Source: Alphaproteobacteria bacterium
Lineage (GTDB): Bacteria > Pseudomonadota > Alphaproteobacteria > JASGCL01
Direction: 5' to 3'
NCBI GenBank assembly: GCA_965262775.1
Contig: CBDHFT010000006.1
Span: 323,437-387,436, forward strand
DNA length: 64,000 nucleotides
Shown here: positions 1-9,975 of the stretch, one piece after another
Numbering within the stretch: the stretch's first letter is position 1
How the letters are laid out: the number at the start of each line of letters is the position of its first letter
The notes under the pieces: generated by a model
Seen by the model: the letters and a program-made list of their open reading frames with translations, nothing else
What the model was told of the DNA's origin: nothing
Database searches by the model: none
Translations under genes and position numbers: made by a program

Positions 1-652
1 TAGCCCAGGTTATGATGGCCGCTATGACGATGGTGATAATAGCAGGCAGAATAAGTTTGCCAAAATTGGTAGAGATAGAATTATTTACCAATTTTTTGCC
101 AGTTATCATCGCGGGCAACAAATTTTGTTTTTTTCCCAGCAAATACCAGAAAACAGCCAACACATGGACCGATATCAAAGTTATGATAATCACAGGCATG
201 ACTTCGGTGTGGATAAAGTTGAACAAGCCTTTCAAATCGGCATTTTGAAATAATGGCGATAATTCATGGGCATAGGTAACGCCCTCGTAAGTTTTTTGCA
301 TCGACATGCCCAGCAAGGATTGCAACCCCAAAGCCAATAAAAGCGCAAAGGTCATGGCCCAACCCAATGGCGTATGGCCATCGGTATATTCGGGTTTGCG
401 GTTAAAAAGAGTGGGGATGTAGCGAGGAATACGGAACAAGGCGCAAATTCCAGGGATAATACGCGACTGCTTACTGCCGACAAAGCCCCATAAAATACGG
501 AAAATGACCAGCATCAACACAACTTTGCCCAAGATAATATGGACGGAAAATATTTTTTCCTCGGCGGTAATAAAAAGAGCCAATATTGACAGGGCCAAGG
601 CCCAATGATTAATGCGAATAACGCCTTCCCAAACTTTTGTTTTTTGTGTCAT
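1..652 (-). CDS. cytochrome b561 (CybB-like) family membrane protein, 3' end truncated by window start; ATG at 652
   Basis: Manual translation of the minus strand from the ATG at 650-652 gives MTQKTKVWEGVIRINHWALALSILALF...HVLAVFWYLLGKKQNLLPAMITGKK with no stop down to position 1. The RINHW and HxxAxxxY..K...LL..M motifs resemble E. coli CybB. Not in the ORF track because it runs off the window. Confidence 0.55.
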   Translation of the reverse strand, partial: MTQKTKVWEGVIRINHWALALSILALFITAEEKIFSVHIILGKVVLMLVIFRILWGFVGSKQSRIIPGICALFRIPRYIPTLFNRKPEYTDGHTPLGWAMTFALLLALGLQSLLGMSMQKTYEGVTYAHELSPLFQNADLKGLFNFIHTEVMPVIIITLISVHVLAVFWYLLGKKQNLLPAMITGKKLVNNSISTNFGKLILPAIITIVIAAIITWA

Positions 653-784
653 GTTCTTATAAATAGATAGATTATGTTATTTTGATGATTGTTTTTGATG
701 CGTTGAGTGTAAATGATTCCCAACAATCGGTCAAGTATCAAAACCACCCCCTTTTAGGCAAGCTTTTTACTACAAGCGGCGTTT

Positions 785-1867
785 TTAGTCTTTCAAAGCA
801 ATAAAACTCTCGGGTTTGGCGCATATATAAAGGGTAGTGCCAATGGCATGGGCATAATCGTCGCCCTTTAAACGAGTTGGGTTTTGTTCGCTGGTGCGGA
901 TAATAAAACCACTTTTGCATTTTACATGATAAAAGGTGAAGTTGCCTTGATAAGAAAATCCAATTACTTTGCCTTCGCAGACTGTATTGGCATCTTTCTT
1001 TTCGCTGATAAAGAGTTTCTCGGGCCTTATCGCCAAACTGACGGTTTGCCCAACGGTTAGCCAGGCGGGGGCGGCAATGTCAACATCCTGCCCCAATTGT
1101 TTGCAGGATAGGGTGGCAAGGCTGGCGGATTTTTTGATAACCTTGGCATCGTCAAACAAATTAACCGAACCAATAAAATCGGCGGTAAAGCGAGTCTCAG
1201 GATATTCATAAATTTGCCCTGGCGTGCCGATTTGCATTATTTTTCCATTGTTCATGATAGCCATGCGCTCGGCAAGGCCCAAAGCCTCCGACTGGTCATG
1301 GGTGACAACAATGAATGTTACGCCCGTTTCACGCTGCAACCTGGTTAATTCCACCTGCATCGCGTGGCGTAATTTTGCATCCAGCGCCGACAATGGCTCA
1401 TCCAGCAACAACACCTTGGGTTGCTTAACCAAGGCACGGGCCAAGGCAACGCGCTGCCTCTGACCACCCGATAATTGTTCGGGCATGCGGTCTTGATATT
1501 GAGTCATATGAACCTGCTCCAGCGCTTGCTTGACGCGCTGTTGAACATCGGCCTTGCTACGTTTTTCTATTTTTAGCCCGTAAGCAATATTGTCAGAAAC
1601 CGACATATGGGGAAAAACGGCGTAGGATTGAAACACCATGTTGACAGGGCGTTTTTCGGGGGGAAAACCCGCGGCATCTTCGCCATTGATAAGCACGCGC
1701 CCCGACGTGGGAACTTCGAACCCTGCTATCATCCGCAACAGCGTGGTCTTGCCACAGCCCGACGGGCCGAGCAAAGCAAAGAATTCATTTTCTTTTATGT
1801 CAATGCTGACATTGTCAACCGCGGTTGATTTGCCAAATATTTTGGTTACATGTTCGATGGTTATCAT
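785..1867 (-). CDS. potA: spermidine/putrescine ABC transporter ATP-binding protein
   Basis: Walker A GPSGCGKTT, ABC signature LSGGQRQRVALARAL, Walker B LLLDEPLSALD, and a C-terminal TOBE domain. Last gene of a binding-protein/permease/permease/ATPase operon. Confidence 0.9.
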   Translation of the reverse strand: MITIEHVTKIFGKSTAVDNVSIDIKENEFFALLGPSGCGKTTLLRMIAGFEVPTSGRVLINGEDAAGFPPEKRPVNMVFQSYAVFPHMSVSDNIAYGLKIEKRSKADVQQRVKQALEQVHMTQYQDRMPEQLSGGQRQRVALARALVKQPKVLLLDEPLSALDAKLRHAMQVELTRLQRETGVTFIVVTHDQSEALGLAERMAIMNNGKIMQIGTPGQIYEYPETRFTADFIGSVNLFDDAKVIKKSASLATLSCKQLGQDVDIAAPAWLTVGQTVSLAIRPEKLFISEKKDANTVCEGKVIGFSYQGNFTFYHVKCKSGFIIRTSEQNPTRLKGDDYAHAIGTTLYICAKPESFIALKD

Positions 1868-1876
1868 TTTTTTCTC

Positions 1877-2725
1877 CTATTTTTTGATGTTGTTGGTTTG
1901 TTGTAATTTTAAACCGATGTAAACGGCTACCAGGGTAATAAGTATCAGCAAGGTAAAGGTCGCGTTATAATCAGGCGTTATACCGCGCCGCGCCGCCGAA
2001 AATATTTTAACGGGCAGGGTGACACTGTCGGGCCCACCCGTGAAGAAGGTAATGATAAAATCATCGAGCGATAGGGTGAAGGCCATCAAAGCGCCAGCAA
2101 TGATGGCGGGCTTAAGGAAAGGAAGGAGGATATCGCGCAATGCGGCGGCTTCGCTCGCCCCCAAATCGCGTGCCGCCAATTCTAACTCGGGGTTAAAACC
2201 TGACAGGCGAGAGCGGATAATCATGGTGACAAAGGGGAAAGAAAAAGAAACATGGGCCAAAGTAATGGAAGAAAGGCTTAATGGCCAAGGTAGGTCATTG
2301 GGCCAGCCAACCCGCGAGAAAAAAACAAGGAAGGCCACACCCATACAAATTTCGGGAATAACCAGGGGCAAGCCCAGCATGCCATCGGTGATGGGTTTGA
2401 ATCGAAAATTATAACGCCACATGGCGATGCCCGACATCACCCCCAAGACGGTTGATATCAAGGTGTTGAAAAAAGCTATGGTCAGCGAATTGACAAACGC
2501 GCTCAACAATTCATCGTTGGCAAAGGCAAGCGGATAATTGGTGAGGGTGAAACCTTCCCATTTAATATTATAACGGGCCGCATCGTTAAAGCTGAAAATA
2601 ATAATCCAGACGATGGGGGCGTAAAGAAAAAACACCACCGCCGCCAAGAAAACCCGCATCCAAGTTCTTTTGGTGTAATCCAGCGGGCCTATAAATTTTT
2701 TACTGCTTAAGTTTTTATGGCGCAT
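1877..2725 (-). CDS. potC: polyamine ABC transporter permease (PotC/PotI-like)
   Basis: 282 aa with 6 TM segments and an ABC permease EAA-like loop. Sits between the potB-like and potA genes. Confidence 0.8.
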   Translation of the reverse strand: MRHKNLSSKKFIGPLDYTKRTWMRVFLAAVVFFLYAPIVWIIIFSFNDAARYNIKWEGFTLTNYPLAFANDELLSAFVNSLTIAFFNTLISTVLGVMSGIAMWRYNFRFKPITDGMLGLPLVIPEICMGVAFLVFFSRVGWPNDLPWPLSLSSITLAHVSFSFPFVTMIIRSRLSGFNPELELAARDLGASEAAALRDILLPFLKPAIIAGALMAFTLSLDDFIITFFTGGPDSVTLPVKIFSAARRGITPDYNATFTLLILITLVAVYIGLKLQQTNNIKK

Positions 2726-2728
2726 GAT

Positions 2729-3658
2729 TTAACTTCCCCTTATTTTTTGCTCGCTACGATTTTCAAGATAACTACGTATAGCCAGGGCACCAAATGTTAT
2801 ATACATCAATAAAAAAGATAAGGCCGCGCCAAACGGCAAATCGTTGGCGCTATGAAATTGTTGTTCGATGATATTGCCGATTAAAAACCAATTGGGATTA
2901 CCCAACAAAGTGGGAATATAAAAAGCACCCAGGGCAGGGATAAAAACAAGAATAATGCCTGAGGTTAATCCACTCGAGGTCATGGGCAGGATGATAGAAA
3001 AAAAGGTGCGCAATTGACTGGCACCAAGGTCCAGCGAAGCCTCGATATAACTTTTATCCAAACGTTCAAGCGAGCTATAGATGGGCAATATCATGAAGGG
3101 GATGAAGGAATAAACCACGCCAAGATAAACCGAAAAGCCAGTGTTCATCATTTGGATGGGAACATAATCATCCTGTAGCCAGGCAACACCCAACAACGCA
3201 AATATTTTTTGTCCCAACAGCCACAGCCAAGACAAAAGGCTGTTGATGGTTCCTTGGTCGCGGATAATAGCAATAAGGCCGTAGGTGCGAATGAGAACAT
3301 TGATCCAAAAAGGTAAAATAACCACCAATAACAACCAGGGTTGCCATTTTTTATCAACGAAGCACATGGCAATAGCCACGGGGTAGGCAATGACAACGCA
3401 TATCAAGGTAGCGATGGCAATAACCAGGAATGATTTGGCAAATATGAGGAGGTAGACAGGTTCAAAAATACGGGCGTAGTTTGATAATGTCCAAGAAATA
3501 TCGATGGTGGTGAGGCCCGTTTTTTGCCCAAAGGAATAAACCCATACCATGGCAATGGGCACAATAAACAAAGCCACCAACCATACCCAAGGGGGCAGGT
3601 TGAGCAACAACATCAACCATTTATTTTTTTCGGTGGGGTTTTTTGTAGCCAGGCTCAT
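2729..3658 (-). CDS. potB: polyamine ABC transporter permease (PotB/PotH-like)
   Basis: 309-aa multi-TM permease immediately upstream of the potC-like gene, with a 3-nt gap between them. Confidence 0.8.
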   Translation of the reverse strand: MSLATKNPTEKNKWLMLLLNLPPWVWLVALFIVPIAMVWVYSFGQKTGLTTIDISWTLSNYARIFEPVYLLIFAKSFLVIAIATLICVVIAYPVAIAMCFVDKKWQPWLLLVVILPFWINVLIRTYGLIAIIRDQGTINSLLSWLWLLGQKIFALLGVAWLQDDYVPIQMMNTGFSVYLGVVYSFIPFMILPIYSSLERLDKSYIEASLDLGASQLRTFFSIILPMTSSGLTSGIILVFIPALGAFYIPTLLGNPNWFLIGNIIEQQFHSANDLPFGAALSFLLMYITFGALAIRSYLENRSEQKIRGS

Positions 3659-3800
3659 AATGGATGTTAGGCGAACAATAGAATAAGATGATTAATAGGA
3701 ATGGATACAATATTAAAGAAACGGTCGGGTAAAAAATTTTACCCGACCATCTCTTTTATGTTGTTAGCTAGAATCTAGCTTAAAAAAATTTGCTATTTCT

Positions 3801-4884
3801 TTAAGCGGCTTGAACGCGTGTCCAAGCTTCATCCATGGCTCGGGCGTTTTCTTCGCCCAAATACAAGGTTGATTCATATTTTTTCCGCACATCGGCCGTG
3901 GGCCATAAGATGGTATCTTTTTTATAAGAATCAGGCATCAAATTATAGGCCGCTTCATTCGGTGTGGAATAACCGATGGTTTCGGTGATGGCTTTGGCAA
4001 CCTGGGCATCCATTATATAATTAATGAAGGCATGGGCGTTTTCGGGGTGCGGTGCGCCTTTGGGTATGGCGATGCAGTCTTGAAACCACAAACCACCTTC
4101 TTTGGCGAAGGCAAAAGCAACATCCTTGTCGCTTTGGTTAACTTGCCAAATATCACCCGACCATTCCAAACATACATCGACGTCTTTGGCCACCAACATG
4201 TCTTGCCCTGTGTCAGGGGCGAAGGCGCGGATATTTTTCTTCTGAGCGATGATAAGGTCAGCCGCTTTGTTGATTTGTTTTTTGTCGGTCATGTTATATT
4301 TGTAGCCCAAATATTTGCCAGCATGGCGCAAGGCGGTGGTTGATTCCGATTGCAAAGCAACACGTTTGGCAAATTTGTCTGAATCAAAAAGCCATTTTAA
4401 GGTTGCCATGTTGGTATCCTTGGTAACCGATTTGCGATAACCAATACCCATCGACCCCGTTTGATAGGGCAGGCTGTATTTGCGCTTAGGATCAAACTCC
4501 GCATCCAAAAATATTTTGAACAGGTTTTTCATGTTGGGCAACTTACCATGGTCAAGCGGCATAAGCATGTTGGCTTGAATCATACGTTGCACATAATCGC
4601 TGGTGGGAACAATGACATCATAGCCTTGGTTGCCTTCGCGCAATTTTCCAAACAATTCGTCGTTGTCGCTAAACAAACTCATTTTAACTTTTATACCCGT
4701 CGTTTTGTTAAAATCGGCCAAGGTGGTCTTGCCGATGTAGGTATCCCAGTTGAAGAAATTAAGTTTTTTTTTCTTCGGCGGCGAAAGACTTTTGGAAGCC
4801 CTCCAGCTTGAAAGCAATACCCGCCACAGCACCCGAGCCTAAAACCCCAAGTGCTGAACGGCGATTTAATTTTTTTTGCATCAT
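3801..4884 (-). pseudogene. potD: periplasmic spermidine/putrescine-binding protein (PotD/PotF-like) with its reading frame interrupted at a T9 run (plus 4764-4772); sequencing error or pseudogene
   Basis: From the ATG at 4884 the frame encodes a signal peptide MMQKKLNRRSALGVLGSGAVAGIAFKLEGFQKSFAAEEKKT* that stops in the homopolymer. The 343-aa mature binding-protein domain (GTG start at 4832 in the ORF track) is in the other frame. With 8 instead of 9 T the two parts fuse into one protein. Confidence 0.6.
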
Positions 4885-5078
4885 TTTTTCTTTCTTTGTT
4901 GATAATGTTATTTTTTTATGCCTTTTACGGCGCCTTCATTCTACTCTCTTTTTATTATCTGTAAAGCGACTTTTTGTCTTTCTGCTATTTTATATTACTT
5001 TTATAATATTAATTCAACTTTAAATATAATTTATACCAGGTCGCGCTTGACGGTATTCATGCTTTTTTATGGTTTTTA

Positions 5079-6203
5079 TCATTCCAATGGCAATTGGTCT
5101 TCGATAATAATTTGCTTTTTGGGTTTAATTTTTAAGTAATCATAACCTTCCTTACCCAAAACGCGGCCACGGCTGGTGCGAATCACGAAGCCTTTTTGAA
5201 TCAAAAATGGTTCCACCACCTCTTCCAATATATCTTTTTCATTGCCCAAGGCCGCCGATAGGTTATCAATCCCCGTTGGCCCACCATCGTAAAGTTCGGC
5301 TAGGCATTTTAAATATTTGCGGTCAAGGTCATCGAGCCCCAAACCATCGATGGATAGGTTATCCATGGCCTTGATAACCATGTCTTGATTAATAACAGCC
5401 AGGTTGTTGATGACACCATGGTCGCGCACACGGCGGGTTAACCGCCCCGCGACGCGTGGGGTGCCGCGACTTCGTTTGGCAATTTCTTGCGCCCCCTGAT
5501 CGCCCAACTTGATATTAAAAATATTGGTTTGCCGGGTGACGATGGCCGCCAATTCATTTTCATTATAAAAATCAAGGTGAAGGGATAAACCGAATCGGTC
5601 GCGCAGCGGTTTGGCAATCAACCCCGCGCGCGTGGTGGCGGCGATAAGGGTGAAGGGTTTAAGGTTGATGCGCACCGATTTTGCCGATGGCCCTTCGCCA
5701 ATTAAAATATCAATTTGAAAATCCTCCATCGCCGAATATAAAATTTCTTCGACCGAGGGGTTAAGACGGTGAATTTCGTCAATGAACAAAACATCATTTT
5801 CTTGCAACGCGGTTAAGATAGCGGCGATGTCACCCGCGCGGGTGAGGACGGGCCCCGCGGTGGCGCGGAAATTGACGCCAAGTTCATAAGCAACTATCTG
5901 TGCCAGGGTTGTTTTGCCAAGCCCGGGCGGACCAAAGAATAATAAATGATCCATGGCGGCACCGCGTTGTTTGGCCGACAGGATAGCCATGGACAGGTTT
6001 TTTTTTAATTGCTCTTGCCCCACAAAATTTTCTAGGCTTTTTGGCCTGATGCTTGGCGCGTCATCGCTGGTGCTAGGGTGGGGGTGGGGCATGTTATTTT
6101 TCACGTTATTTTTTTCGGCGGCACGCCCTGGCTGGTCGTTGTCATCGTCGGCAATTTTTTGCGCGGCGTCGATGATGCGGTGGATGTTGCGGGGATTGTC
6201 CAT
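5079..6203 (-). CDS. ruvB: Holliday junction branch migration DNA helicase RuvB, with an ~40-aa N-terminal extension
   Basis: AAA+ motifs LLFFGPPGLGKTTLA, DEIHRL and the sensor region are present. No ruvA is adjacent. Confidence 0.9.
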   Translation of the reverse strand: MDNPRNIHRIIDAAQKIADDDNDQPGRAAEKNNVKNNMPHPHPSTSDDAPSIRPKSLENFVGQEQLKKNLSMAILSAKQRGAAMDHLLFFGPPGLGKTTLAQIVAYELGVNFRATAGPVLTRAGDIAAILTALQENDVLFIDEIHRLNPSVEEILYSAMEDFQIDILIGEGPSAKSVRINLKPFTLIAATTRAGLIAKPLRDRFGLSLHLDFYNENELAAIVTRQTNIFNIKLGDQGAQEIAKRSRGTPRVAGRLTRRVRDHGVINNLAVINQDMVIKAMDNLSIDGLGLDDLDRKYLKCLAELYDGGPTGIDNLSAALGNEKDILEEVVEPFLIQKGFVIRTSRGRVLGKEGYDYLKIKPKKQIIIEDQLPLE

Positions 6204-6350
6204 GACAATATTTATGACAGGATTCTAACAGGGTATTGTCATGCCAGCCACGGCATGACGGGTGATTAACGGTGGATTATATTTATGGGATAGGACATTT
6301 GTTGCTTTACTTCTAGCTTGATTCTGTCTATTTTTTCAACCAAGTAAAAA

Positions 6351-7049
6351 ATGGCAAACGGATTATTTATTGTTTTTGAGGGAATAGATGGCTCGGGTAA
6401 AACCAGTCAAGCCAAAAAATTACAGCAATTCATGGCGGCGGCGGGGCGTGAAGTTATCATGACCGAGGAGCCGCGCAAAAAATCTTTGGGACAATGGGTA
6501 AGGCAGAAATTACTGCATACCCGCCATTCATCGGAAGATAACCAGGAAGCGGGCGGCGATAAGGCTTATCCGTCATCCCCCAGCGGCGAATGGCAAAAAG
6601 AAATAGATGATTTAACCATGGTTTATATGTTGTTGGCGGCGCGCGCCGAACATGTGGCCGATGTTATTTTGCCCGCCCTGGCCGCGGGCAAGGTGGTGAT
6701 TTGCGACCGATTTTCCCATTCAACCTTGGCTTACCAAGGTTATGGCGCGGGGGTTGATATTGAATTGATAGAAAAATTAAGCCAGCCGATTAGCGCGATG
6801 GTAAAACCCGACAGGGTTTTTTTGATTGATATCGCGCCGCAAGCCGCGCGATTACGGCTTGAAATGGGGCGCGAAGGCAAAGACACCATGGAAGAAAAAC
6901 CCATCGAGTTTTTTGAAAAAGTAAGGTTGGGTTTTTTAACTATTGCCAGGGACAACCCATCTTTGGTAAAAATTATCGATGGCCTTGATAAGGAAGAAGT
7001 GGTGGCAGCAGCCATAGAAAAAAATATTCAACCATTATTAAAAAACTAA
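6351..7049 (+). CDS. tmk: thymidylate kinase
   Basis: P-loop FIVFEGIDGSGKTSQ and a DRF/DRY-type motif (CDRFSHS). First gene of the tmk-holB-metG-tatD cluster. Confidence 0.9.
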   Translation: MANGLFIVFEGIDGSGKTSQAKKLQQFMAAAGREVIMTEEPRKKSLGQWVRQKLLHTRHSSEDNQEAGGDKAYPSSPSGEWQKEIDDLTMVYMLLAARAEHVADVILPALAAGKVVICDRFSHSTLAYQGYGAGVDIELIEKLSQPISAMVKPDRVFLIDIAPQAARLRLEMGREGKDTMEEKPIEFFEKVRLGFLTIARDNPSLVKIIDGLDKEEVVAAAIEKNIQPLLKN

Positions 7050-7051
7050 TC

Positions 7052-8404
7052 ATGAAAGAACGTTATTCTTCCCCAACCCAGCCGCTACCTCATCCTTTGT
7101 TGGTAAAAAAAATTATTGGTCATGATGCAGCCTTAAAAATATTGACCGATGGATTATTGGCGGGCCAGCCCAAACATCACGCCTGGTTATTAACGGGGCC
7201 ACAGGGGGTGGGGAAGGCAACATTGGCTTATCACATCATCGTTAAACTTTTGTCGCGTGGCGCGCGGCAGGATGGGGTGATGATGATGGCGCCCAAAGAA
7301 AATATTACGGAGTCAGCGAGCGATGGTAAAAAAGCGATCGGCTTATTTGCCGAGGAAGATTTGTTTGCTGGCGGATTAGATTTGGGAGAAATGCCCGCTA
7401 AGCCCGCCGCTAATATTCCCGCTGGGGCAGCAAGTCAAAATGCAGGGGCAATACCAGCGGATAATTCGACAGGTATGGCGGCTGGGGGTGCAGGTAATAT
7501 TAACCGAACAAATGAAGAAGAGGTTATCAAGCAATTGCGCGATGTATCGCACCCGCATTTTTTGCTGTTGGATAAAAATATCGATACAGCCGAAGAAAAA
7601 GGCGAAGGGGATGAGGCGGACAATAAAGCAAGCCCCCGCACAAAAAAAAATCAAATCACCGTTGCCATGGCGCGTAAAATTTCTGCCTTTTTTTCTTTTC
7701 ATGGGTTTGATAAAAATTTACCGCGCGTGGTGTTGATAGACGGCGCGGAAGACATGACGCCCGCCGCCGCCAACGCGTTGCTCAAAAATTTGGAAGAGCC
7801 GCCCCCCAATAGTATTTTTTTTCTTATCAGCCATCGCCCAGGGTTGTTGCCCGCGACCATCCGTTCGCGTTGTTTTATGTTGCCGATAAGTCGCATGGCC
7901 GACGATAAATTATCGCATTTATTAGCGCAATTGGTGCCGACGATTCAGCCAGTTGAAAACGACGCCCTGACCGCGCTGGCGGGTGGGCGATTGGGGCGGG
8001 CGATAGAGCTTTACCAGGAAGCGGGGCTTAATATTTATCGTGATTGGTTGGATTTTTTTCTTAACCCGCAAAAAGAATGGGCCGATAGAAAGAAAAAAAT
8101 CATAACAACTTTGCTAGCCCAAGAACGTCCCGCACGCGCCCAATTGTTTTTGTCTTTGGTCGAGGATTTTTTCTTGCGGATGGCGCATTACATTCATAAA
8201 ACCACCAAAAATTATTCATTTAGCGACGAAGAAAAAGTTTTTCAGCTATTTTTATCGCGCCAAGATATCGCCAAATGGTTGGATTTTTGGCAAACACAAA
8301 AAGAATTTTTTCAACTTGGTTTTGCACCAAAAAATCTTAACCGCGATTATTTGGTAACGCAATTATTAGACGAAACAAGCGAACTTCTATTGCTACGGCG
8401 ATAA
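7052..8404 (+). CDS. holB: DNA polymerase III subunit delta-prime carrying a ~100-aa low-complexity insertion
   Basis: AAA+ clamp-loader motifs HAWLLTGPQGVGKATLA and the SRC-type motif SRCFML are present. At 450 aa it is far longer than typical, because of an Ala/Gly/Asn-rich insert at roughly 7274-7697 that contains an in-frame A9 run. Confidence 0.85.
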   Translation: MKERYSSPTQPLPHPLLVKKIIGHDAALKILTDGLLAGQPKHHAWLLTGPQGVGKATLAYHIIVKLLSRGARQDGVMMMAPKENITESASDGKKAIGLFAEEDLFAGGLDLGEMPAKPAANIPAGAASQNAGAIPADNSTGMAAGGAGNINRTNEEEVIKQLRDVSHPHFLLLDKNIDTAEEKGEGDEADNKASPRTKKNQITVAMARKISAFFSFHGFDKNLPRVVLIDGAEDMTPAAANALLKNLEEPPPNSIFFLISHRPGLLPATIRSRCFMLPISRMADDKLSHLLAQLVPTIQPVENDALTALAGGRLGRAIELYQEAGLNIYRDWLDFFLNPQKEWADRKKKIITTLLAQERPARAQLFLSLVEDFFLRMAHYIHKTTKNYSFSDEEKVFQLFLSRQDIAKWLDFWQTQKEFFQLGFAPKNLNRDYLVTQLLDETSELLLLRR

Positions 8405-8427
8405 TTTTTGTTTAAGGTTGAGGACAC

Positions 8428-9942
8428 ATGACAAAATTTTATCTTACCACGCCTATCTATTACGTGAATGACAAACCGCATATTGGTCATGCCTACACCA
8501 GTTTGGCGGCCGATGTTGTGGCGCGGTATCATCGATTAAAGGGCGATGATGTTTTTTTCCTAACGGGCACCGATGAGCATGGGCAAAAGGTTGAACGGGC
8601 GGCGGCGGCGAAGGGGATAGAGCCCCAGGTTTTTACCGACCAGGTTTCTCAAAATTTTAGGGATTTGCTGGTGGCAATGAATTACAGCCCCAACAATTTT
8701 ATTCGCACCACCGAAGACCGCCATAAAAAATGTTGCCAGTTATTATGGCGACAATTGGAAAAGGCAGGATTTATTTACAAAGGTTATTACGAAGGATACT
8801 ACGCCATAAGGGACGAAGCCTATTACCAAGAATCCGAATTAACCAAAACCCAGGATGGCAAATATATTGCGGCGAGCGGCGCCGAGGCGGTGTGGGTGAA
8901 GGAAGAAAGTTATTTTTTTAAATTGTCGGCATTCCAAGAAAAATTGTTGGATCATTACGAACGGCACCCCGAATTCATTGCGCCAAAAATTCGCGCCAAC
9001 GAAGTGATTAGTTTTGTGCGCGGCGGGTTGAAGGATTTATCGATATCGCGCAAAAATTTTTCGTGGGGCGTGGCGGTGCCCGATGACGCGGCGCATGTTA
9101 TGTATGTGTGGATTGACGCCCTGACCAATTATTTAACCGCCATTGGTTATGGCACGGACGATGCACAATGTAATAAATTTTGGCCATGCGATTTGCATTT
9201 GGTGGGTAAAGATATTTTGCGTTTTCATGCGGTTTATTGGCCCGCCATGTTGATGGCCGCGGGGTTGGCCATGCCCAAAAAAATATTCGCCCATGGTTGG
9301 TGGATGAACGATGGACAAAAAATGTCAAAATCGCTTGGCAATGTTATCGACCCCAATGATTTAATAAAAAAATTTGGTTGTGACCAAACGCGATATTTTT
9401 TATTGCGCCAGGTGCCGTTTGGCGACGATGGCGATTTTTCAGAAACAATGATGAAGGATCGTTGCAACCATGATTTGGCAAATGATTTGGGTAATTTGGC
9501 GCAACGCACCCTGTCGTTGGTGCAAAAACATTTGGGCGGAAATTTTCCCCAAAAAAATAATCCGCCAAGCGATGAAGCAAAGAAATTATTGGATTTAACA
9601 AAAAATCTATTGCCCACCGTGGAAAAACATTTGGACAATTTGGCTTTTCATCGGGCGTTGGAATCGATTTGGGCGGTGATTGGCGAAGCCAATCGCTTCA
9701 TTGATAAGGCGGCACCATGGAGCCTGGCCAAGACCGACAAGGCCGCGATGGAAGATGTTTTGTGGTTGTTGTTGACGATATTAAAGGACGTGGCAATTAT
9801 TTTGCAATGTTTTATGCCCGATACGATGAAAAAATTATTGCAACAACTTGGGGTTGATGATACAACCATAAAATCATGGGGTAAGGAATATGTTTCCCAA
9901 AAAACATTGCCCGCCCCGACGGCTATTTTCCCTAGATTGTAG
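8428..9942 (+). CDS. metG: methionine--tRNA ligase (short form)
   Basis: HIGH motif (PHIGHAYT) and KMSKS motif present; 504 aa. Confidence 0.92.
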   Translation: MTKFYLTTPIYYVNDKPHIGHAYTSLAADVVARYHRLKGDDVFFLTGTDEHGQKVERAAAAKGIEPQVFTDQVSQNFRDLLVAMNYSPNNFIRTTEDRHKKCCQLLWRQLEKAGFIYKGYYEGYYAIRDEAYYQESELTKTQDGKYIAASGAEAVWVKEESYFFKLSAFQEKLLDHYERHPEFIAPKIRANEVISFVRGGLKDLSISRKNFSWGVAVPDDAAHVMYVWIDALTNYLTAIGYGTDDAQCNKFWPCDLHLVGKDILRFHAVYWPAMLMAAGLAMPKKIFAHGWWMNDGQKMSKSLGNVIDPNDLIKKFGCDQTRYFLLRQVPFGDDGDFSETMMKDRCNHDLANDLGNLAQRTLSLVQKHLGGNFPQKNNPPSDEAKKLLDLTKNLLPTVEKHLDNLAFHRALESIWAVIGEANRFIDKAAPWSLAKTDKAAMEDVLWLLLTILKDVAIILQCFMPDTMKKLLQQLGVDDTTIKSWGKEYVSQKTLPAPTAIFPRL

Positions 9943-9975
9943 CCAAGCTATTTAATAAATGAAAGAAGTTACATA

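Noticed and set aside
12-248. Plus-strand 78-aa ORF at the window start
   Set aside because: It is antisense to the uninterrupted cytochrome b561 reading frame on the minus strand.
6204-6350. SOS (LexA) box upstream of ruvB
   Set aside because: No GTTC-N7-GTTC or gamma-type CTGT-N8-ACAG motif is present; only the TGTCAT repeats reported as a finding.
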